Of a stretch of DNA of 64,000 nt, positions 50,201 to 60,603 are shown piece after piece. The notes under the pieces are model-generated. The model saw nothing but the letters and a program-made list of their open reading frames with translations. It made no database searches and was not told where the DNA came from. The stretch is from Anaeramoeba ignava BMAN (Eukaryota; Protista; Anaeramoebae). Position 1 is the first letter of the stretch. The number at the start of each line of letters is the position of its first letter. The stretch is taken from NCBI GenBank assembly GCA_028826165.1, contig JAPDFW010000106.1:124001-188000 (forward strand). The letters run 5' to 3'. Made by a program: the position numbers and the translations under genes.

Positions 50201-50752
50201 TGATTCAATCCATTTTTTCATCCCAAAATATTGTTTTATAAATTCAACCATTTGGAAAATTATTTTTGGCTTTTTCACTTTTGGATATTTTGTAATCAAA
50301 ATGGATTGAATTTTTTTCAAAATAAAAAGATGTTTTTTTTCAACAAAAAAATCCTATTTAAAAAGAAAAAAAAAAGTTATCAAAAAATAAAGGGGAATAA
50401 ATTATAAAAATATTGAAAATACATTTTCAGAAAGACTTGAACTGTTACAAATGATCTTCATCAGTTTTTTTTGTTTTGGATTTTGAAAAAGGAAATTCTG
50501 ATCCATAAATTCAAGAATAGAATATAAATCGCATTTCAAATTGCGAAAGTTATCTAGCATATCTTCACTTAATGAACAGAAATCAATTAAATCAATTTGG
50601 TTTTTTTCATTTGAAATTGTTTTTTTTATTGATTTTTTTGCTTCTTTTTTTTTTTTCTTAAAAGTTTTTTTTGCATTTTTCTTTTTTTCTTCACTTTCTG
50701 CAAGAATTTCTTCAAGAATTTGAATTTCAAAATCTAAATCATTTGTTTCCAT
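47265..50752 (-). CDS. RasGAP domain protein with QN-rich linker and C-terminal PH-like domain (multi-exon)
   Basis: TLFRANNLASKL (arginine finger) and FIFLRFLCPAIASPQ (FLR motif). Confidence 0.85.
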
Positions 50753-50913
50753 TTTTTTTTAAAAAAAATAAATTAAGATAAATTAAGAAAATAAAAGCAA
50801 AACTTCTTTTTTTTTTTTAAATTAAATTTTTTTTTTAAAAATGATAAAAAAGTGAGAAAAAAAATGAAAAAATGAAAAAATGAAAAAATAAAAAAAATTT
50901 AATTAATTTTTTT

Positions 50914-53900
50914 TTATAATAATGAAGATATTTTGATTGAATGTTTAACGGCATTTGTAAATCCTTCATGAAAATGATAAATAATTTCTGGTAATTTTTG
51001 TTTTTCTTCTTGAATTTCGTTTTCATTTTTTTTGATAAATAAATTTTGATTTTTTTGTTGAATAAATTGATTTGAATTTTGGTTCAAATTTTTTTTATTA
51101 TTTGAAAATAAAGATCGAAAATTGGATTGATTTTGAATATTATTTTTTTCATCAGGAAAAACTTGAGATTTTCTTCTAATTTTCTCAAAATCAAGTTCGT
51201 GAGCAAAAGATTTTCTTAAAGAAAAGGGAATCACAAAAGAATTTGAAAAATTTTTAAATTGAACAATTTTTTCCAAATTTGGATCCATAAAAATAAAAGA
51301 TCTGCCAGTTTTTTGTCTTTCAATAAATTTGACTGAATAAGAGATGAAAAGATCAAGAAGTCTTCTCATTTGATTCTGTTCATTTTCTGTCATTAAAGTG
51401 GGGTTTGTGCTTCTAAAATGAGGAGTTAAAATTTGCAAAAAAAACGGTACAAAATCAATAAATGAATTTTTAAAAGAAACAAAAGTGCGAATTTGAGGTG
51501 GAATTTGAATAAGAAATCCTTTTGAAATTTGGGACATTTTCTTGGTTTTAAATCTTGTTTCGTTTTCTTTTTTTGGAAACACATATTTCTGTTTCGAAGG
51601 CGCATTTCCACAAACGGAACTGATTTTCATTGCTGAAAGTGGAAGATAACGAAGAAATGAAAAATCCTTGAATCTTGCAATTTGATTTGATAAAATATCC
51701 TGATTCGACATCCATTCTTTGCATTCATATGTTTTCTCCAAAATTGGATCATGAATATTAATAGAAAGTAAATTTTCTGAAAGTCCTTGAGTAAACAAAT
51801 CAATTTCCGAATTAGAATTTAAAGAATGATAAATTTTTCTCAAATATTGATTTTTTCCCGATAATTTTGATTTTTCTGTTTTTGTTTGATTGTTTGGAAT
51901 TTTTTGTGGGAAAAACACAAGATCGCATAACTGAAAATAGTTTTGAGTCATATCTTTTGATCCAATAACAGAATTTTTAATCAAAGAATTCGCTAAATTT
52001 TTATTTGAATAGCGAAGAAATTCAAGAGTGAATAAACAACTGCGGATATCATTATCAGAAATCTCGCACAATTGAATCAAACTCTGCAAATCAGTCTGAA
52101 CGCCTTCCAAGAGACAAATTTCCTTTAAACGTTGAGAAAGACGCATTGTTGATGGAGGCATCATTTTGATGATATAAGATAACTCCCGCAATTTTCTTAT
52201 TGAAGGCGAATAAAGATCGTTGCATATGCAAATAACTGGGTTTTTAAGCTTTGGAATTTCCTTTTCCAAAGAATTAACAACTCCTTCAATTTCCGTTGAA
52301 ATATTTGAACCATCAACTTCCTCAATCAATAATAAATTTGGATTATCATTCACACATCCTTTTAAAGTTTTCACAGAATCCAATCTGCTTCGTATTAATT
52401 CGCTTTGTCTTTCTTCACTCGCATTTATTTCTACTACATTATATCCGCATTGCTTTGCGATAATTTGAATTGATGTTGAATTGTGAGTTACTGTAAAATT
52501 TCCCATTAAAAATCTTCCATTTCCATCCAATTCAAATCCATAAAAATTTGCAGGTTTTATTGTTAAAATTTCCTCAATTTTATTGAGTTTGAATTTCGTC
52601 ATTTTTTCCTCCAATTTTCCAATTTTTCCATAAAATTCTTTCATCCGATTTTCAATTACAATTTGATTCCTTGTGTTTTCCATCAAAGAAAATTTCAATT
52701 CTAATATTTTCTTTTTGTTTTGATTCATTTGATTTTGTATTTTGGATTCAATACAAAGACTTTGCAAAATGAATTGGAAATCTTGAAGAAGTGATTCATT
52801 TTGGAATTCAATTTCCAAACCAGAAATTTCAAGAAAACCATGAATTAAAGATAATCTTTTTCTGTAAGAATTGAATTTGAATTGATCTGGAATTTTGTTG
52901 AAGTTTTGATTTGAATCAACAATTTTTTGGATTTGGATTTTGTTTTTGGTTGAATTTTCGATTCCAATTTCTTGAATAATTTGGTTTACATTCAATAATG
53001 ATTTGTTTTCAATAATTTTGGGTTTTTTTTTAGATAAATTATTAAATGCGCCCAAAATTAAACCAAATAAATAAGGATCAGTTGTTGTTTTTCTTTCTGG
53101 GAAATCAACAGAAACTTTGAATCCATAATATTTTTTTTGCTTTTCTTGAGGAAGTTTGAGGAATTTCTTGATTGGAATATCAACAACTTTGTAGAAAAAA
53201 TGTGGGTATTTCTTTGCAATCAATTTGGTATAATTTTTTGCTTGATAATAATCATCAATTCCAAAAGTTTTGAGAGTGTTTTTGATATTTGCTTTATATT
53301 TAATAAGAGATAGAATGTGATATTCATTAACATCATAACTTTCTTGATTTTTTGTGATGATTCTGAACATTTTGCCGAATCCTTTTGTTGTTGAAATTAC
53401 TGTTCTTTTGGAAGAATCATCACCCATTAAAAAATCACCTTCAATTACATCTTGAACTTTTTTAATATTTCCATCAAACATTAAAACAGGCTGATTATAA
53501 GCCAAACATTTTCCTATTCCTGGTTTACCCGAAATCAATAGAATTTTTGCGTTTTTATTTTTGAATTTGTTGAATTTTGATGATTTTTGGTCTGTGTTTG
53601 TTTCTTTTTTTGGATTTTTCCAATTTTGAATCCATGAAAGAATTTCTCTGTTTGTTCTTTCATCAGATAGAAGTTCCAAGTAATTTTTGGGTTTATATTT
53701 GTCTACCCACATTTGATTTTTTTTAAAATTATTTTTTTTAAGATTATTTTTTTTAAAATTTTGATTTTGATTTTGATTTTGATTTTGATTGATTTGAGGT
53801 TTTAATTCATCAAAATAATTTGATTGGAATTTTGAGAGATCCAAGTTTTTTAATTTGATTTGTTCAAGTGGTGTTTGGTTTATTTCAAAATCTAAAGAGA

Positions 53901-54879
53901 TTAAATTTTTTTGTCCACGAATTTGAATGAATTTTCTTTGATTTTCTTTTTTTTCTTTTTTCTTGATTGTTTTTTTGCGTTTTTGATTTTCTTGAGTAAT
54001 TTTATGAGAGTAAGTTTTTTTGGGGAGATCATTTTGATTTTGAATAGAAGATGATTCTTTTCTTTTTTTATATTTTTTGTTTCCGATTTTATTCTTCTTA
54101 TTATTTTTATTTTCTATTTCATTTTCTATTTGAATTTGAATTTGATTTTGATTTTGATTTTGATTTTGATTTTGATTTTGAATTTGATTTTTATTTTTAT
54201 TTTGATTTTCATTTTCATTTTTATTTTTATTTTTATTTTGATTTTGATTTTGATTTTCTATTTGAATTTGATTTTGATTTTGATTTTGATTTTGATTTTG
54301 ATTTTGATTTTGATTTTGATTTTTATTTTTATTTTGATTTTGATTTTCATTTTCATTTTGATTTTGATTTTGATTTTTATTTTCATTTTGATTTTTATTT
54401 TCATTTTCAATTTGATTTTTATTTTGATTTTGATTTTCATTTTCATTTTCATTTTGATTTTGATTTTGATTTTCATTTTGATTTTGATTTTGATTTTTAT
54501 TTTGATTTTGATTTTGATTTTGATTTTCAATTTGATTTTTATTTTGATTTTCTATTTCATTTTCTATTTCATTTTCTATTTGATTTTCTATTTGTATTTG
54601 ATTTTGATTTTGATTTTCTATTTGAATTTTATTTTCATTTTGATTTTGATTTTGAATTTGATTTTGAATTTGATTTTTATTTTGATTTTTATTTTGATTT
54701 TGATTTTGAATTTCTATTTGATTTTCTATTTGATTTTGATTTTGATTTTCATTTTGATTTTGATTTTGAATTTGATTTTGATTTTGATTTTGATTTTTAT
54801 TTTCATTTTGATTTTGATTTTGATTTTCATTTTGATTTTCTATTTCATTTTTATTTTGATTTTCTTTATTATCTTCCAT
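50914..54879 (-). CDS. CTF18: CTF18 (RFC-like clamp loader large subunit) precursor containing an intein; intronless
   Basis: MWVDKYKPKNYLELLSDERTNREILSW, LLISGKPGIGK[intein]ST, YNVVEINASEER, LLIEEVDG, PVICICNDLY, DIRSCL, and C-terminal FHEGFTNAVK. Confidence 0.92.
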   Translation of the reverse strand: MEDNKENQNKNEIENQNENQNQNQNENKNQNQNQNQIQNQNQNENQNQNQIENQIEIQNQNQNKNQNKNQIQNQIQNQNQNENKIQIENQNQNQIQIENQIENEIENEIENQNKNQIENQNQNQNQNKNQNQNQNENQNQNQNENENENQNQNKNQIENENKNQNENKNQNQNQNENENQNQNKNKNQNQNQNQNQNQNQNQNQIQIENQNQNQNKNKNKNENENQNKNKNQIQNQNQNQNQNQNQIQIQIENEIENKNNKKNKIGNKKYKKRKESSSIQNQNDLPKKTYSHKITQENQKRKKTIKKKEKKENQRKFIQIRGQKNLISLDFEINQTPLEQIKLKNLDLSKFQSNYFDELKPQINQNQNQNQNQNFKKNNLKKNNFKKNQMWVDKYKPKNYLELLSDERTNREILSWIQNWKNPKKETNTDQKSSKFNKFKNKNAKILLISGKPGIGKCLAYNQPVLMFDGNIKKVQDVIEGDFLMGDDSSKRTVISTTKGFGKMFRIITKNQESYDVNEYHILSLIKYKANIKNTLKTFGIDDYYQAKNYTKLIAKKYPHFFYKVVDIPIKKFLKLPQEKQKKYYGFKVSVDFPERKTTTDPYLFGLILGAFNNLSKKKPKIIENKSLLNVNQIIQEIGIENSTKNKIQIQKIVDSNQNFNKIPDQFKFNSYRKRLSLIHGFLEISGLEIEFQNESLLQDFQFILQSLCIESKIQNQMNQNKKKILELKFSLMENTRNQIVIENRMKEFYGKIGKLEEKMTKFKLNKIEEILTIKPANFYGFELDGNGRFLMGNFTVTHNSTSIQIIAKQCGYNVVEINASEERQSELIRSRLDSVKTLKGCVNDNPNLLLIEEVDGSNISTEIEGVVNSLEKEIPKLKNPVICICNDLYSPSIRKLRELSYIIKMMPPSTMRLSQRLKEICLLEGVQTDLQSLIQLCEISDNDIRSCLFTLEFLRYSNKNLANSLIKNSVIGSKDMTQNYFQLCDLVFFPQKIPNNQTKTEKSKLSGKNQYLRKIYHSLNSNSEIDLFTQGLSENLLSINIHDPILEKTYECKEWMSNQDILSNQIARFKDFSFLRYLPLSAMKISSVCGNAPSKQKYVFPKKENETRFKTKKMSQISKGFLIQIPPQIRTFVSFKNSFIDFVPFFLQILTPHFRSTNPTLMTENEQNQMRRLLDLFISYSVKFIERQKTGRSFIFMDPNLEKIVQFKNFSNSFVIPFSLRKSFAHELDFEKIRRKSQVFPDEKNNIQNQSNFRSLFSNNKKNLNQNSNQFIQQKNQNLFIKKNENEIQEEKQKLPEIIYHFHEGFTNAVKHSIKISSLL
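52480..53508 (-). mobile_element. Intein (343 aa, residues 458-800) with degenerate LAGLIDADG homing endonuclease
   Basis: Starts CLAYNQPVLMFDG, has block B VNEYHILSL, ends FYGFELDGNGRFLMGNFTVTHN, and the +1 residue is Ser. Eroded LAGLIDADG blocks DPYLFGLILGA and RLSLIHGFLEISG. Confidence 0.95.
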
Positions 54880-55035
54880 TATTTTAAAGAATAAAATTAT
54901 TAAAAATATAAAAAATTTTTTAACGAAAAGAATAAGAAGAAGAAGAAAAAAATGAAAAAAAAAAATTGAAAAAAAAAATTTTAATTTTTCATTTTTTTTC
55001 TTCTTTTTATTTTTTATTATTTAAAAAAAAAACAA

Positions 55036-58000
55036 ATGGGAAATTTACAAGGTTCAGTTTATACTTTTGGAATGAATGATCAACAACAACTTTGCCTTTC
55101 AGAAGATACACCAACAAATCATAAAACACCACATTCAGTGAATTTACCTGATGATATAACACCTAGACAAGTATCTATTCGTTCAAAACATGTTGCAATT
55201 CTTGGAGGTAAAACAAAATTAATTTTAATTTAGATTTTAATTTTAATTATAATTTTAATTTTAATTTTAATTTTAATTTTAAATTTAAATTTAATATTAA
55301 TTTTAATTTTAATTCTAATTTTAATTATAATTTTAATTTTAATTTTAATTTTAATTTTAATTTTAATTTTAATTTTAATTTTAAATTTAATTTTAATTTT
55401 AATTTTAATTTTAATATTGAATTATAATTTTAATTTGAATTTTTAATTTTAATTTTAATTCTAATTTTAATTTTAATTTTAATTTTAATTTTAATTTTAA
55501 TTTTAATTTTAATTTTAATTTTAATTTTAATTTTAATTTTAATTTTAATTTTAATTATAATTTTAATTTTAAAAACAGAAAAAGAAGGAAAATATATTCT
55601 TTATTCTTGTGGTTTAGGCCATTCAGGTCAACTTGGTCATGGAACTTTACGTTCTTGTACAACTCTTAAAAGAGTTGATGCTTTACTTTCAAAAAATATT
55701 AGACAAATTGCTTGTGGAAAAAGTTTCACGTACTTTTTTTATTCAAATATTTTTTCTTATTTAGATTTTTATTCAAATATTTTTTTGCCATTTCAAACTT
55801 ATTTATAATTTTAATTTTAATTTTAATTTTAATTTTAATTATAATTTTAATTTTAATTTTTTAAATTTTTTAATTTTAATTATAATTTTAATTTTGATTT
55901 TAATTTTAATTTTAATTTTAATTTTAATTTTAATTTTAATTTTGATTTTAATTTTAATTTTAATTTTAATTTTAATTTTAATTTTAATTTTAATTTTAAT
56001 TTTAATTTTAATTTTAATTTTAATTTTAATTTTAATTTTAATTTTAATTTTAATTTTAATTTTAAATTTTAATATTAATTTTAATTTTAATTTTAATTTT
56101 AAATTTTAATTTTAATTTTATTAATTTTAATTTTATTTATAATATTAATTATAATTTTAATTTTAATTTTTAATTTTAATTTTAATTTTTAATTTTGATT
56201 TTAATTATAATTTTAATTTTGATTTTAATTTTAATTTTAATTTTGAGTTTGATTTTAATTTTAATTTTAATTTTAATTTTGAATTTTAATTTTAATTTTA
56301 ATTTTAATTTTAATTATAATTTTAATTTTGATTTTAAATTTTTAATTTTAATTTTAATTTTAATTTTAATTTTAATTTTAATATTTAATTTTAATTTTAA
56401 TTTTAATTTTAATTTTTAATTTTAATTTATAATTTTATTTTTTTAATTTTAATTTTATCTCTTTTTAATTTTATTTATTTTATATCATTGAAAATTTTTT
56501 TGATTTATATTTTTATGTTTTAATATATTTATTTTTTACATTTATATTTATATTTATATTTATGTTTTTCTCAATCTTTAATTTTTATATTTAATTTTAT
56601 ATTTTATTTATTTGGATTTTATATTTTAATTATTATTAATTTTATATTTATTTATTATTTATATTTTATTTATATTTATATAATTATATTTTATTTATAT
56701 TTATATTTATATATTTATATTTATAATTATGTTTAAATTTATATTTATATTTTAGTTATATTTATATTTATATTTATATTTATATTTATATTTATATTTA
56801 TATTTACATTTATATTTTATTTTTATGTTTATGTTTATATTTATATTTAGAAAAATTATATTTATATTTATATTTATATTTTATGTTTATGTTTATGTTT
56901 ATGGTATTTATTTATGTTTAGGTTTATATTTTATATTTATATTTATATTAATTATATTTATATTTATATTTATATTTATATTTATATTTATATTTATATT
57001 TATATTTATGTTTATATTTATGTTTATGTTATGTTATATTTATGTTTTATTTTTATGTTTATGTTTATATTTATATTTTATCATTTATATTTAAATTTAT
57101 ATTTATTTTATGTTTATTATATTTTATGTTTTATGTTTATATTTATGTTTATGTTTTTATATTTATATTTATATTTATATTTATGTTTATATTTATGTTT
57201 ATGTTTATATTTATGTTTATGTTTATGTTTATATTTTATGTTTTATTTTTTTTAAATTTATATTTATATTTATGTTTATATTTTATGTTTATTTATATTT
57301 TATGTTTATTTATGTTTATGTTTATGTTTATATTTATATTTATGTATTTATATTTATATTTATATTTATGTTTATATATGTTTTATATTTTATGTTTATG
57401 TTTATATTTATATTTTATATTTATGTTTCATTTTATATTTATGTTTATATTTATGTTTATTTTATTTATATTTATGTTTTTGTTTATGTTTATTTTATAT
57501 TTTATTATGTTTATGTTTATGTTTATTTTTATGTTTATGTTTATGTTTTATATTTTATGTTTATTTTTATATTTATGTTTATATTTATGTTTATATTTTA
57601 TTTATTTTATGTTTATGTTTATTTTTATATGTTTATGTTTATGTTTATGTTTATATTTTTTATGTTTATGTTTATTTATGTTTATGTTTATGTTTATATT
57701 TTATGTTTATGTTTATGTTTATGTTTATGTTTATGTTTATGTTTATGTTTATATTTATGTTTATTTTATTTATATTTATGTTTATATTTTATATTTATGT
57801 TTATGTTATATTTTTATGTTTATGTTTTATTTATGTTTATTTATGTTTATGTTTATATTTATATTTATTTAAAATTATTTATGTTTATATTTTATGTTTA
57901 TATTTATGTTTATATTTATGTTATATTTATGTTTATGTTTATGTTTATGATTTTATGTTTATGTTTATATTTATGTTTATATTTATATTTATGTTTATGT

Positions 58001-60101
58001 TTATGTTTATATTTATGTTTATATTTATGTTTATTTATGTTTATGTTTATGTTTATGTTTATTTTTGTTTATATTTATGTTTTATGTTTATGTTTATGTT
58101 TATATTTTTATTTTATGTTTATGTTTATATTTATGTTTGTTTTTTATATTTTATAAATTTATATTTTATGTTTATATTTATATTTTTTATGTTTATGTTT
58201 ATGTTTATTTTAATTTATTATTTTATATTTATATTTATGTTTATGTTTATATTTATGTTTATGTTTATTTATATTTTATATTTTTTTATGTTTATGTTTA
58301 TATTTATATTTATATTTATATTTATATTTATATTTATATTTATATTTATATTTATATTTATATTTATATTTATATTTATATTTATATTTATATTTATATT
58401 TATATTTATATTTATATTTATATTTATATTTATATTTATATTTATATTTATATTTATATTTATATTTAAATTTATATTTATATTTATATTTATATTTATA
58501 TTTATGTTATATTTATTTATATTTATATTTATATTTATATTTATATTTATATTTATATTTATATTTATATTTATATTTATATTTATATTTATATTTATAT
58601 TTATATTTTAAATATTTAATTTATATTTTAAATATTTATATTTAATTTATATTTGAAATTAAAAACAAAAAAGTAACCGGAGATGTTTACACATGGGGAG
58701 GAGGATTATTAAAAATCCTTGGGCACGAACAAAACCCGAAGCGACCAATCCCACATATCATTGAAGAATTCGAAGGAACAAACATCATTCAAGTATGTTG
58801 CGGAGCACAATACACAGTCGCAGTGACATGTAAGTACCAACAAAGAACATAAAAAGGAATAGAGAAGAATAACCGGAATAAATTAACAAACAAAAAAAGC
58901 GGAAGGGAAAGTTTATTCATGGGGAATAGGAAACGAAGGACAATTAGGACATGGAAATTTTCAAAACCAAGAAAAACCAAAATTGATTGAAGGACTTGGA
59001 GGAGAGAAGATAAGATACGCAGCGTGCGGGGAAACCCACACAGCACTTGTTGGCGTATCTGGTTCTGTTTACACTTTTGGCAACGGACAATATGGACAGC
59101 TAGGAAACGGAAAAAAAGAACCATCAATGACCCCTTTTAAAATTGATCAATCCCATTTTAAAAACGAACCAGTGTACTCTATATCCTGCGGCACAGACCA
59201 CACCATCGCCGTAACAAGATCCGGGCGTGTGTTTGTCTGGGGCTCAAATGAGTTTGGTCAACTTGGAATTGCTAAAATTAAGTCAACTTACAATCCCACT
59301 GAACTTGTTATGAAAAATATTACTATTAGACAGGTCGCTTGTGGAGACAAGTCTTCCTTTCTTGTCTCAAGCGATCCTATTTTTGATAGCTTTTCAATCT
59401 CCAAAATTCAGCGCCCTTCTACTTTCCGTTATGTCGATCCTGATATTCAAAACCAAAAAAATTTACAAGTTAAACCTGCTTATTCTTCAAATAAAATGCA
59501 ATATTTTTATTCAAATATTTCTTTCGATTCTTTGCCTTCTCAATCTCAAAGTAATGAAAATTTGAATGTTGAACAACCTCAGAAAGAAGAGAAGAAAGAA
59601 GATAATCAACTTGATATTAATGCAGGTCCACCTGATGGTAATTCATTTATAAAATTCAATATAAAATTTAATATAAAATTCATTTATAAAATTCAATACA
59701 AAATTCAATATAAAATTCAATATAAAATTAAATATAAAATTAAAATTAATATTAAAATTAAAATTAAAATTAAAATTAAAATTAAAATTAAAATTAAAAT
59801 TAAAATAAAATTTAATATTAAAATTCAATATAAAATTCAAAATAAAATTAAAATTAAAATTAAAATTTAAAATTATAATCTGTTATTTTTAGAATTTCTT
59901 TGTGCAATTACTTTTGAAATTATGAAAGATCCTGTTTTTTGTTCTGATGGTTTTACTTATGAAAGATTTGCTATTGAATCTTGGCTTTCAGAAAATTCAA
60001 CAAGTCCAATGACAGGACAAGAATTAGCTTCAAAAGAACTTATTCCAAATCATTCATTAAGAGAACAAATTAGAGCATCACCTTGGGGAGTAAATTTTTA
60101 A
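55036..60101 (+). CDS. RCC1-repeat + U-box protein (putative E3 ligase), multi-exon; one junction unresolved
   Basis: Repeated VYTFG/GQLG/VACG RCC1 motifs. The last exon [31 protein letters not shown]...[13 protein letters not shown] is a U-box. Confidence 0.85.
55800..58620. repeat. 2.8-kb intronic hexamer array grading from (TTTTAA)n to (TTTATA/TTTATG)n
   Basis: Visible directly; it is the source of the many spurious IF/YV/LC ORFs. Confidence 0.9.
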
Positions 60102-60603
60102 AATTCAAAAATTCAAAAATTAAAAAATTCAAAAATTCAAAATGGAAATTCTTTAAAAAAAAAATCTCAAACAAGAAAAGAAAACTTAATTTGGATTTTT
60201 TTATCTTTTTTTTATCTTTTTTTTTTTTGAAATTCAAGTTAATGATTATTTATAATTCCAAAGAAAATAAATTAAGGAATTATCTTTTTCAATTTAAATT
60301 GTTTTTTTTTTTAAAAAGAAAAGAAAAGAAAAGAAAAGAAAAGAAATCTAAAAAAAATCTTTTACAGTTTATTGAAATTGTTATAAAAATCAATTCCAAT
60401 AAACTTTTTCTTTCTTTTTGTTTTTTTTAAAGAAATTTTAATTTTAAATTTTAATTTTTAAATTTTAAATTTTAATTTTAAATAATTGTAAGATTGAAAA
60501 ATTATTTATTTATCGCATTAAAATTGAGATAGATTTAAATTTAAATTTAAATTTTAGATTAAATTTTAGATTAATTAAGAAGAAATTTGTTTTGATATTT
60601 TTT

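Noticed and set aside
56800-58300. Telomeric repeat (TTTATG)n
   Set aside because: It is internal, degenerate, mixed with TTTATA and flanked by exons of one gene.
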